NCBI GenBank assembly: GCA_903897605.1
Contig: CAIUCH010000042.1
Location: 22,465-86,464 of the forward strand
Length of the DNA: 64,000 nucleotides
Source: an uncultured Alphaproteobacteria bacterium
GTDB taxonomy: Bacteria > Pseudomonadota > Alphaproteobacteria > Micropepsales > Micropepsaceae
Reading direction: 5' to 3'
Shown here: positions 49,651-57,723 of the stretch, in pieces
How positions within the stretch are numbered: position 1 is the first letter of the stretch
Layout: every line of letters starts with the position of its first letter
Notes under the pieces: model-generated
Told to the model about the DNA's origin: nothing
Seen by the model: only the letters and a program-made list of their open reading frames with translations
The model's database searches: none
Position numbers and translations under genes: made by a program

Positions 49651-50448
49651 TTATTTCAAGCGACGCGGCAAACCTGCGTCGCATTCCCGAGTCTTGCCAA
49701 GTTCGGCAAGAAGCGTCGCCGATGGCGCTGGCCGGATCACGCCGGAATAGGCGATGTTGCCACGGGCCCCGCCTGGAAATGCATTTTGCAAAGCCGTCTG
49801 GAATTGGAGCGCGGCACCTGGCCAGAAGCCTTCTGATTTTATGCCCACATGGGCCAGATATTCACGCGAAGGCACCCAGCCAATGAACTGTGCCTTGAAG
49901 TTGATATAGGCCTTCCCGGCCGGGTTGTGTGACGTCAACGAATAGCAATCGATCCCCAATTGCCGTTGCGAATCCAGCAGCAGGGCGGGATCGACCCGAG
50001 TGCCGGCCAACAGCTGGCGTTCCTGTGCCGCGGTGCTGGCATAATTGTCCGCAACGTCCTTGCTCCGGGCCGCAGGCACCATCGCCAGGCGCGATGTCGC
50101 GCTGCTGGAGAATATCACCAATGCGCCGGGTTGCACGATTCGGCGCGAAGCCGCGACGAAAAGATAATTCGCGCAGGGCCCCGCGCACAAGCCATCCACG
50201 ATCAGCGTGCTATGACTTTGCCGTATATCCTGCGCCAAGCTCAATGCCGGCAGATCGTCGCCGCCGGAACTGTTGACGCGCAGGATATGCGCCTTACCGT
50301 CGCCAAGAAGAACATGCAGGCGCGCGGCGATGTCGGCGCCGATATGGCCGGTAATCGGCAGTTCGCCACCCACAGGCGGTGTGGCGGATCGCGCGGCGCC
50401 GATTGTGGCTGTTAAGCAGAACATCAGCAGCGGCATGATATTTTTCAT
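49651..50448 (-). CDS. hypothetical periplasmic protein with ClpP/SppA-like (crotonase-fold) segment
   Basis: It has the signal peptide MKNIMPLLMFCLTATIGAARSA. The segment ILRVNSSGGDDLPALSLAQDIRQSHSTLIVDGLCAGPCANYLFVAA aligns by eye with the ClpP segment INSPGG....I.D.........G.AAS.G..L. The start is ambiguous (50448 or 50457). Confidence 0.5.
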   Translation of the reverse strand: MKNIMPLLMFCLTATIGAARSATPPVGGELPITGHIGADIAARLHVLLGDGKAHILRVNSSGGDDLPALSLAQDIRQSHSTLIVDGLCAGPCANYLFVAASRRIVQPGALVIFSSSATSRLAMVPAARSKDVADNYASTAAQERQLLAGTRVDPALLLDSQRQLGIDCYSLTSHNPAGKAYINFKAQFIGWVPSREYLAHVGIKSEGFWPGAALQFQTALQNAFPGGARGNIAYSGVIRPAPSATLLAELGKTRECDAGLPRRLK

Positions 50449-50465
50449 GTTCACCAATCCGCCCG

Positions 50466-51749
50466 TCAGCCGGCGGGAAACATTTCGCTTTTGCTTGGCG
50501 GCGTCACGCGCAACGCGGTGATCTGATTACGCTGCCGGCGCAGGACTTCGAATTTGTAGCCGAAAAAGGCAAAGCGCTGGCCCGGTTCGGGGATGGTCTG
50601 CGATTCCTGGATCACCAGGCCCGCGATGGTGGTGGCACCTTCATCGGGCAAGTTCCATTCCAGTTCGCGGTTGATGTCGCGTATCGTCACCGTGCCGTCG
50701 ATCAGATAAGAGCCGTCCGGCCGCCGCCGCACATCGGGGCGTTCCACGATCTGGTGTTCGTCCGGCAATTCGCCAAAAATCTCGGCCAGGATATCCTCCA
50801 GGGTCACCAGGCCTTGCAGCGCGCCATACTCGTCCACCACCAGCGCGAAATGGGTGCGCTGTTCGCGGAATGCGTCCAGCTGTTCCTCCAAGGTGGTGGT
50901 GTCGGGCACGAACCATGGCGGCGTCGCCAGTCCGACCACGTTGCAGGCGGCGAGATCGCCTTTGTGCTCCACCAGCGCCAGCGCCAGATGTTTGGTGTGC
51001 AGGATGCCGATGATGTTCTCCGGCTCGCCCCGCCAGAGCGGCACGCGGGTGTGCTGACTGTCGATCACCGCGGCTACGATGTCGCGCGCCGGCAGGTCTG
51101 CGTCCACGCTGGTCATATGGGTGCGATGCATCATCACATCGGCAACCGTGAGTTTGCGCAGATCCAGAATGCCGCCGATCATGTCGCGATGCTCGCGTTC
51201 GACGCCGCCTTCCCTGTGGTGAAGCGCGATGGCGCCCCTGATTTCTTCATGCACCGCTTCGGTGGTTTCATCCTCGCGCGGTTCGACTCCGAACAGGAAC
51301 AGCACCCGCCACACCAGCCATTGAACCGCCGCCGCGATGGGCGCCAGGATACTCACCACGCGGCGGAGCGGTCCCGCCACCGCCAGTGCGAAACGGTCAG
51401 TGCGGGCGATGGCCAAGGTCTTGGGTAGGACTTCGGCGAAGACCAGGATCGTGACGGTCATTACCGCCGTGGTCACGGCGACGGCACGTGGCCCGAACCG
51501 GGTCTCCAGAAGCTGGGTCGCCAACGAGGAAGCCAGAATATTGATGAAGGTGTTGCCCAGCAGCAGGGCCCCGATCAGCTTCTCGCGATCGGCCACCAGG
51601 CGGTTGACGTTGCGGGCGGCGCGGCTGCCGTCTTTTTCAAGCTGGTGCATTCGTCCACGGCTGACGGCGGTGAGCGCTGTCTCCGAGCCGGAGAAAAAGG
51701 CCGAAACGATGAGCAGCAGGGCAATGACGCCGAGCGTGGAGAGCAGCAT
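50466..51749 (-). CDS. HlyC/CorC-family transporter (DUF21/CNNM + CBS pair + CorC_HlyC)
   Basis: The N-terminal DUF21 TM region has SAFFSGSETAL. CBS domains follow, and the C-terminal transporter-associated domain has PDGSYLIDGTVTIRDINREL. I chose the ATG at 51749; the ORF-track TTG is at 51770. Confidence 0.88.
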   Translation of the reverse strand: MLLSTLGVIALLLIVSAFFSGSETALTAVSRGRMHQLEKDGSRAARNVNRLVADREKLIGALLLGNTFINILASSLATQLLETRFGPRAVAVTTAVMTVTILVFAEVLPKTLAIARTDRFALAVAGPLRRVVSILAPIAAAVQWLVWRVLFLFGVEPREDETTEAVHEEIRGAIALHHREGGVEREHRDMIGGILDLRKLTVADVMMHRTHMTSVDADLPARDIVAAVIDSQHTRVPLWRGEPENIIGILHTKHLALALVEHKGDLAACNVVGLATPPWFVPDTTTLEEQLDAFREQRTHFALVVDEYGALQGLVTLEDILAEIFGELPDEHQIVERPDVRRRPDGSYLIDGTVTIRDINRELEWNLPDEGATTIAGLVIQESQTIPEPGQRFAFFGYKFEVLRRQRNQITALRVTPPSKSEMFPAG

Positions 51750-51787
51750 GGTCTGAATCCCGAAAACCAAGGCGAGAATGCCAGTTT

Positions 51788-52882
51788 TCAGGCGCTCAGA
51801 ACATCTTTCACCGCTTCGAGCGGCACATCGCTGGTGACAAATGCCTGGCCCAGCCCGTGCAGGAGGATAAAGGTAAGCTTGCCGTCCTTCACCTTCTTGT
51901 CATGCCCCATGGCGGCAATCAGCGCTTCGAAGGCAGGGCGGGGCCCGGGAATGTCGGAAATGGCCGACGGCAGGCCGGCCGATTCCAAATGGCGGGCGAA
52001 CCGCTCTGCATCCTGGCCCGGGCAAAGCCCCAGCCGCACCGAAAGCCGGAATGCCAGCGTCATGCCGATGGCGACACCTTCGCCATGGATCAGCCGGTCC
52101 GAGAACCCGGTGGCCGCTTCGAGGGCGTGACCAAATGTATGGCCCAGATTGAGCAGGGCCCGTTCGCCGGTTTCGCGCTCGTCACGCCCGACGATCGCCG
52201 CCTTCATGCGGCAGGAATGCGCAACGGCATGAATCATCGCGTTCTTGCCGCCGGCCAATGCCTTGGCGCCGTTGACCTCCAGCCAGTCAAAAAAATGCGC
52301 GTCGCCCAATGCGCCATATTTGACCACTTCCACATAACCGGCCAGCAATTCGCGCCGTGGTAGGGTGTCAAGCAGGGCGGTGTCCGCGATGACGATGCGG
52401 GGCTGATGAAACAGGCCGATCAGATTCTTGCCCTGCGGCGCATTGATGGCGGTTTTTCCGCCGACGGAGGAATCCACCTGCGCCAGCAAGGTGGTGGGAA
52501 TTTGCGCAAAGGCAACGCCACGCTTGAGGACGCCGGCGGCAAAGCCCGTGAGGTCGCCGATCACCCCGCCGCCCAGCGCCACGATCAGTCCGCCCCGGCC
52601 CACGCCCGTCTCGAGCAAGGCGATCGACAAATTCTCCAGCCCCGCAAAACTCTTGGTACCTTCGCCCGGCGGCATCACCACCGGCCGCGCGTCGATCCCG
52701 GACTTGCTGCAAACGTCCAGGAAAGATGCCAGATGGATTTCCCCCACGGTCGCATCGGTCACCACCGGCACCGGACCGCGCGCCAGGGGCTTCAACAGCG
52801 CGCCTGCCTCGGTCAAAAGTCCGTGGCCGACATGAATATCGTAACCGCGTCCTTCCAAACCGACCTGGATCACTTCGCTCAT
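51788..52882 (-). CDS. aroB: 3-dehydroquinate synthase
   Basis: The internal start is MSEVIQVGLEGRGYDIHVG (364 aa). It has GGGVIGDLTGFAA, DSSVGGKTAIN and NLGHTFGHALE. The ATG overlaps the aroK stop (ATGA at 52879-52882). Confidence 0.93.
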   Translation of the reverse strand: MSEVIQVGLEGRGYDIHVGHGLLTEAGALLKPLARGPVPVVTDATVGEIHLASFLDVCSKSGIDARPVVMPPGEGTKSFAGLENLSIALLETGVGRGGLIVALGGGVIGDLTGFAAGVLKRGVAFAQIPTTLLAQVDSSVGGKTAINAPQGKNLIGLFHQPRIVIADTALLDTLPRRELLAGYVEVVKYGALGDAHFFDWLEVNGAKALAGGKNAMIHAVAHSCRMKAAIVGRDERETGERALLNLGHTFGHALEAATGFSDRLIHGEGVAIGMTLAFRLSVRLGLCPGQDAERFARHLESAGLPSAISDIPGPRPAFEALIAAMGHDKKVKDGKLTFILLHGLGQAFVTSDVPLEAVKDVLSA

Positions 52883-53424
52883 GCGTCCTCGTACAATCCG
52901 CGTTCCTTGAGGGCCGCGATGATGCGCTCGACCGCCGTGCCATGCGGCTCGTCGGCGCATTCCAGCACCATGTCGGCGGTGGCATAGACCGGTTCGCGGG
53001 AGGTGAGCAACCGCTCCATGGTGGCGCGGATGTCTCCGTCTTTCAGCAATGGCCTGACATCGCGTTTCTTGACCCGCGACAGCAGCAGACTGACCGGCGC
53101 TTTCAGCCAGATTGTGAACGCAGCTTTTTTCATTCTGTCGCGGGTCGCATCGTCCATGAAGGCGCCGCCGCCGGTGGCCAGGACATGGGGCGGTTCTTCC
53201 AGCAGGCGGGCGATGACCTTGCGCTCGCCGTCGCGGAAATAGGGCTCGCCAAAGCGCTCGAAGATTTCCGCCACGGCAAGGCCTGCGGCGGCTTCGATCT
53301 CGTGATCGGCATCGCGGAAGGGCACTGCCAGCCGCGCGGCCAGCCGCCGGCCGACGGAGGTTTTGCCAGCCCCCATCATCCCCACCAGCGCCACTGTGCG
53401 GTTCAATTTCATGGCGATCCGCAT
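52879..53424 (-). CDS. aroK: shikimate kinase
   Basis: Walker A is VALVGMMGAGKTSVGRRLA, followed by FRDADHEIE. I chose the ATG at 53424 (GGAG 9 nt upstream); alternatives are 53412 and 53460. Confidence 0.9.
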   Translation of the reverse strand: MRIAMKLNRTVALVGMMGAGKTSVGRRLAARLAVPFRDADHEIEAAAGLAVAEIFERFGEPYFRDGERKVIARLLEEPPHVLATGGGAFMDDATRDRMKKAAFTIWLKAPVSLLLSRVKKRDVRPLLKDGDIRATMERLLTSREPVYATADMVLECADEPHGTAVERIIAALKERGLYEDA

Positions 53425-53479
53425 ACACGAAAGCTCCGGCGGAACGAAGTACCGGGCCAAAAAATGCTAAAGTTGAGTC

Positions 53480-54403
53480 ATGAGTCCGCAAAACAGCCTG
53501 ATCGAGGCCTTCCTGGAAATGATGAGCGCAGAGCGGGGCGCCGGCGCCAATACCCTGGCGGCCTATGCCCGCGACCTTGCCGATTTCGCCGCTTTCCCAA
53601 AGGCCGGCATCGCCGCCGCCAGCCGGGACGATATTCGCGCCTATCTGGTACAACAGTCGGCGTCCGGCCTGGCCGCTTCGTCCCAGGCACGGCGGCTATC
53701 GGCGCTGCGTCAATTTTTTGGCTTTCTGTATGCCGAGGATATGCGCAAGGACAATCCCACCGATGCGGTGGAGGCTCCCAAGGCATCCCGGCCATTGCCA
53801 AAAATCCTGTCCACTGCCGATCTGGAAGCGATGATCAATGCGGCAGGCGCGCAGGACAGCCCAGACGCCAAACGGCTCACCTGTATTATCGAGATGCTGT
53901 ACGCGGCAGGATTGCGCGTGTCGGAATTGGCGGGGCTGCCACTGGCGACGATCAAGAACCGGGACGGATTTATCCTCATCAAGGGCAAGGGTGGCAAGGA
54001 ACGGTTGGTACCGCTCAACATGTCGGCCCGCGCGGCGATCGCGGCTTATCTCGACGTGCGGGCGGAGTTTTTGCCAAAAGGTCCGCGCCGAACACGTGCC
54101 GAGCGCTATCTATTCTGTTCCCGGGGCGCGGAAGGATTTTTGACTCGCCAGCGGCTCTATCAATTGTTGAAAGGCTTGGCGGCAAAAGCGGGACTGGATC
54201 CCGCCAAGGTTTCGCCGCATGTCTTGCGGCATGCCTTCGCCACCCATCTAGTGGAAGGCGGTGCCGATCTGCGTTCGGTGCAGACCTTGCTGGGCCATGC
54301 CGATATCGCCACCACCGAGATCTACACTCATGTCGCCAAGGACCATCTCAAGAAGGTGATGCACAAGGCGCACCCTCTCGCCAGGGCGCGAAAGCCCAAA
54401 TAA
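53480..54403 (+). CDS. xerD: site-specific tyrosine recombinase XerD
   Basis: 307 aa with the XerD N-terminus (FLEMMSAERGAGANTLAAYARDL) and catalytic residues in LYAAGLRVSEL, HVLRHAFATHL and LGHADIATTEIYTHV. Confidence 0.92.
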   Translation: MSPQNSLIEAFLEMMSAERGAGANTLAAYARDLADFAAFPKAGIAAASRDDIRAYLVQQSASGLAASSQARRLSALRQFFGFLYAEDMRKDNPTDAVEAPKASRPLPKILSTADLEAMINAAGAQDSPDAKRLTCIIEMLYAAGLRVSELAGLPLATIKNRDGFILIKGKGGKERLVPLNMSARAAIAAYLDVRAEFLPKGPRRTRAERYLFCSRGAEGFLTRQRLYQLLKGLAAKAGLDPAKVSPHVLRHAFATHLVEGGADLRSVQTLLGHADIATTEIYTHVAKDHLKKVMHKAHPLARARKPK

Positions 54404-54478
54404 AGTGTAACAAAATCGTCCCCTTTCCTTTTCAAGCGGGGATATGGCATTTTCCGCCCGTTTTCAGATCAGAGTCCC

Positions 54479-55429
54479 ATGCATTATTTGGATTTCGAAC
54501 GCCCTATCGCGGAACTGGAAGGCAAAATCGTCGAGCTGAGAAAACTCGCCGAGGATGATCCCAACATCGATATCGATGGCGATGTGGCGCGGCTTACGTC
54601 GCGCGCGGAGCAGCTGGTCCGCGACACCTATACGCGGCTGACACCGTGGCAGAAGGTTCTGGTGGCGCGTCATCCCGAACGGCCACATTTTCTCGACTAT
54701 GCGCGGCAGATGTTCGAGGAGATGACGCCTCTGGCAGGCGACCGCTCCTTTGGCGAGGACCAGGCGGTGATCGCCGGCCTGGCGCGGTTTCGCGGCCGGC
54801 CGGTTGCATTCCTGGGCCAGGAGAAAGGCAACGACACCAAGACAAGGCTGCAGCACAATTTCGGCATGTCGATGCCGGAGGGCTATCGCAAGGCGGTGCG
54901 TCTTTTTGAATTGGCCAATCGTTTTGGACTGCCGGTGCTGTCCTTTTGCGACACGTCGGGCGCCTATCCCGGCGTCAGCGCCGAGGAACGCGGCCAGGCG
55001 GAAGCGATCGCGCGCTCGATCGAAGCGGGGCTGGCGTTGAAGGCGCCCTTCATCGCCACCATCATCGGCGAAGGCATGTCGGGCGGCGCCATTGCCATCG
55101 CCGCCGCCAATCGCGTCTACATGATGGAACATGCGATCTATTCGGTGATCTCGCCGGAAGGGGCCTCCTCGATCCTGTGGCGCTCGGCGGAGAAAGCGCA
55201 GGAAGCTGCCACGGCGCTCAAGATCACCGCCCAGGATCTGCTTCAGCTCAAACTGATCGATGCCGTGGTTCCAGAGCCTGAGGGCGGCGCCCATCGCGGA
55301 CCGATCGAGGCGATCGAGGCGGTCAGCGATCAAATCGCCCGCGGGCTTTCCGAGATGGACAACCAGACCGGGGATCAATTGCTGCGAGCGCGGCGGGAGA
55401 AATTCCTCGCCATGGGCCGGAACCTCTGA
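54479..55429 (+). CDS. accA: acetyl-CoA carboxylase carboxyltransferase subunit alpha
   Basis: 316 aa with MHYLDFERPIAELEGKI, CDTSGAYPG..AEERGQAEAIA and IIGEGMSGGA. Confidence 0.95.
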   Translation: MHYLDFERPIAELEGKIVELRKLAEDDPNIDIDGDVARLTSRAEQLVRDTYTRLTPWQKVLVARHPERPHFLDYARQMFEEMTPLAGDRSFGEDQAVIAGLARFRGRPVAFLGQEKGNDTKTRLQHNFGMSMPEGYRKAVRLFELANRFGLPVLSFCDTSGAYPGVSAEERGQAEAIARSIEAGLALKAPFIATIIGEGMSGGAIAIAAANRVYMMEHAIYSVISPEGASSILWRSAEKAQEAATALKITAQDLLQLKLIDAVVPEPEGGAHRGPIEAIEAVSDQIARGLSEMDNQTGDQLLRARREKFLAMGRNL

Positions 55430-55434
55430 AACGA

Positions 55435-55468
55435 AAAGGCCCGCGTCAAACGCGGGCCTTTGTTTGTT
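55435..55468. terminator. bidirectional rho-independent terminator between accA and the CsgG-like gene
   Basis: AAAGGCCCGCG-TCAAA-CGCGGGCCTTT has a perfect 11-bp stem and is followed by GTTTGTT. It lies between convergent stops at 55429 and 55484. Confidence 0.7.
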
Positions 55469-55483
55469 ATCGGATGGATGCCG

Positions 55484-56419
55484 CTATTTGGCCAGCGCCA
55501 GCGACAGCGACGATACCCAGCCCTGATTGCCGAGTTCATCCTTCACTTCCCACCACACGCCTTCCTTGTTGCCGGTGGGATAGAGCATCATGCCGGGGTC
55601 AAGCGGGCGCACGACCTTGGATTTGTCCGAAGCGGTTGTGTAAAGCCGGCCGGCGCGCTGCATGCTGACCGCCTGGGACGGCGCTTCCGCGGAGGCGCCC
55701 GAGAGGCCGCCCAGATCGCCCACCAGCTTGGTATAAGCTTCGATATAGGCCAGCACCACGACCTGACCGATGGCGGTGTTCTGGTAATTGGATATGCCGG
55801 CGCCGCCGAAGCCGCCCCAGCCACCCCAGCCACCGCCGAAATTGATGCCGACATCGGTCTTGGAGCCATGGCCTTCTTCCATCGCCTGCTGCTCGGACGT
55901 GCGCACATTGGTGATGGTCAACACCACATCCGCCGTCTTGGAGGAAATGTTGATGCTGGAGACCAGCGCACCCACGCCGCCGCCGATGAAGCCGCCCAGA
56001 ATGCCGCCGACATTGGTGCCGCTGGCATTGCCGTTCTTGGAAACGATGTCAGGTACCATGATATAGTCGGCCGCCTTTACTTGACCCATTCCGATGTTCG
56101 AGCCTTGCTGCAGCTGACCGCCGCTGGCCAAGGCTCGCTCCTGCTGGGCCATCTCGAAACCCTTGCCGCGATCCAGCAAGGTGAAGCAGCCCGACTTCAT
56201 CACGAAAACTTTGATCAGTGCTTCGGGCGATTCCAGGCCCAGACTGTCCCACCAGCGATTCTGCGGCTCGCGCACCGCGAGCGTGCCGATCTTGTGGGAG
56301 CAATTGGGAATCTCGGCCTGTTTCTCGGCGGTCTTATCGCCGATCGAGGCAGCCTGCGCGGGAAGCACGCAAGCAACTGCAAGTGCCGCGCCGATGGCGG
56401 TGGATATCCCGAAGCGCAT
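55484..56419 (-). CDS. CsgG/HfaB-like secreted protein with Gly-rich inserts and C-terminal SH3-like domain
   Basis: I chose the ATG at 56419 (GAGG 6 nt upstream), giving MRFGISTAIGAALAVACVLPAQA as the signal peptide. The CsgG-like pattern is KIGTLAV...ALIKVFVMKSGCFTLLDRG...KAADYIMVPDIVS...VVLTITNVRTSE. Gly-rich stretches are GGILGGFIGGGVGALV and FGGGWGGWGGFGGAG. The C-terminus (VVRPLDPGMMLYPTGNKEGVWWEVKDELGNQGWV) looks like an SH3b domain. Confidence 0.6.
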   Translation of the reverse strand: MRFGISTAIGAALAVACVLPAQAASIGDKTAEKQAEIPNCSHKIGTLAVREPQNRWWDSLGLESPEALIKVFVMKSGCFTLLDRGKGFEMAQQERALASGGQLQQGSNIGMGQVKAADYIMVPDIVSKNGNASGTNVGGILGGFIGGGVGALVSSINISSKTADVVLTITNVRTSEQQAMEEGHGSKTDVGINFGGGWGGWGGFGGAGISNYQNTAIGQVVVLAYIEAYTKLVGDLGGLSGASAEAPSQAVSMQRAGRLYTTASDKSKVVRPLDPGMMLYPTGNKEGVWWEVKDELGNQGWVSSLSLALAK

Positions 56420-56543
56420 AACACACCTCATTTTCATAATGATGGCCCCAAGCCGCGAACGTAATCCGCGCTGGCGCCATGCTACCTTACTGTGAAAATT
56501 CTGCAATATCCCGCGCCGCAGCATGAAGGGAGAATTACGGGTG

Positions 56544-56748
56544 CTACCACCAGCCCCGGATTTTGAACCCGGCGCAAGCATCCCAGCGACAGCGTCGGGA
56601 TGCGCTGCGGCGCGAACACTGACTTGTGGCCGTCACCACCAGCCGCGGATTTTAAACCCGCCGCAAGCATCCCAGCGACAGCGTCGGGATGCGCCGCAGC
56701 GCGAACGCAGGCTTGTGGCCGTCACCACCAGCCGCGGACCTTGAACCA
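56544..56748. repeat. 89-bp tandem repeat, about 2.3 copies, whose last partial copy is the 3' end of corA
   Basis: Unit starts are at 56544, 56633 and 56722, exactly 89 nt apart. Copies 1 and 2 are about 89% identical by eye. On the minus strand each begins with a corA-like tail, TTCAA(A/G)(A/G)TCCG(G/C)GGCTGGTGGT(A/G)(A/G), encoding FK(I/V)RGWW plus a stop. Each full copy carries the hairpin GCATCCC-AGCGACAGCGTC-GGGATGC. Confidence 0.85.
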
Positions 56749-57657
56749 GATTATCGGGATTACCGTTGAAAGCAGGATCAGGAACAGGCCCCATTGATAG
56801 CCCCAGGCCCAGCTCAATTCCGGCATGTTGTGGAAATTCATCCCATACATGCTGGCAATGAAGGTGGGCGGGATGCCAACCACCGAGGCGATGGTGAGAA
56901 CCTTGAACAAATTGTTCTGCTCATTATTGATGAAACCCAGCGCCGCATCGAGGAGAAATTGTATCTTGTCGGTGAGATGAACTTCGTAATCGTTCAATGA
57001 CTGCACATCGCTGGCGGCGGTCTTCAGACGTGTCCGGACAGCATCGCCGAGCCAGCCATGGCCGTGCTCGGCAATGAAAGGCACGGCACGCTGCAGAACC
57101 AGCAGCGTGTCGCGGATATGGGACAGGCGTTCGCCCATGTCGCCAATTTCCACCAACGTGTCGCGCAGCATGCGAGAGGCCCGGGCGACATTGCGCTTGT
57201 GCGGACGGCCAATCTCGGCGTGGAAAATCCGGTTGGAGAGCGCCAGCGCCTCGGCGCGCAATTCTTCCAGCCGGTCGGCGCCGTAATCCACCAGCGCTTC
57301 CAAGATCACCATGAATATGTCGGGTGCGTTTCTGGGCCGCCGTTCAACCCGCTTGATGATGCCGGGAAAGGTATGCAAATGGGCAAAGCGGATGGTGACC
57401 AGGATGTCCTTGGTCAGCATGAAGGCAAGAGGCGAAGTGAGATCGCCGTCATCTTTTGAATGGGGCGTCACCGGCACGGAAATCGTGAAAATATTGTCTT
57501 CGTATTGCAGGCGGCTGGAGAATTCGATTTCCTCCAGCTGGCTGCGCGGCGGAATGTCCAGGCCGTAATCGGTGCAGGCCTGGGCCAGTTCCTGTTCGGT
57601 GGGTTCGCACAGATCCACCCAGACGGTCTTGCCGTCGGACTTGTGTACGGTCAGCAC
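56722..57657 (-). CDS. corA: magnesium/cobalt transporter CorA
   Basis: 311 aa with the YGMNF motif (SMYGMNFHNMPEL) followed by the second TM segment and the basic C-terminus WFKVRGWW. Confidence 0.92.
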   Translation of the reverse strand: MLTVHKSDGKTVWVDLCEPTEQELAQACTDYGLDIPPRSQLEEIEFSSRLQYEDNIFTISVPVTPHSKDDGDLTSPLAFMLTKDILVTIRFAHLHTFPGIIKRVERRPRNAPDIFMVILEALVDYGADRLEELRAEALALSNRIFHAEIGRPHKRNVARASRMLRDTLVEIGDMGERLSHIRDTLLVLQRAVPFIAEHGHGWLGDAVRTRLKTAASDVQSLNDYEVHLTDKIQFLLDAALGFINNEQNNLFKVLTIASVVGIPPTFIASMYGMNFHNMPELSWAWGYQWGLFLILLSTVIPIIWFKVRGWW

Positions 57658-57723
57658 AGATCATTCTCCCCGCGGTCGCGCGCATAACGCGATAATCCGC
57701 GGCAAAGCGCAACCGTATGAAGG

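Noticed and set aside
51788-53653. A 621-aa ORF suggesting a large fusion protein ending in AroB.
   Set aside because: Only the last 364 codons are AroB, starting with MSEVIQ at 52882 in an ATGA overlap with the aroK stop. The upstream 257 codons are an alternative frame over aroK with junk-like composition. The same over-extension occurs at 7813-8418, 41447-43717, 35410-36345, 45263-45673 and 24722-26230.
53480-54403. Tyrosine recombinase as a marker of a mobile element.
   Set aside because: The sequence and context (divergent from aroK-aroB, next to accA) are those of housekeeping XerD, the chromosome dimer resolvase. No flanking phage or ICE genes are present.
52726-54558. A 610-aa plus-strand ORF spanning the aroK-xerD region.
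   Set aside because: It runs antisense through aroB/aroK and out of frame through xerD. Its composition is Arg/Gly/Pro-rich, while xerD and aroK have clear signatures in their own frames.
56544-56748. Possible CRISPR array.
   Set aside because: The repeat units are contiguous, with no spacers. There are only about 2.3 copies, the unit is 89 bp, and no cas genes are present in the window.
56523-56797. Two plus-strand ORFs (56523-56744 and 56600-56797) with internally repeated peptide sequence.
   Set aside because: Their repetition simply reflects translation of the 89-bp tandem DNA repeat. They have no start context, and they lie antisense to the corA tail copies.
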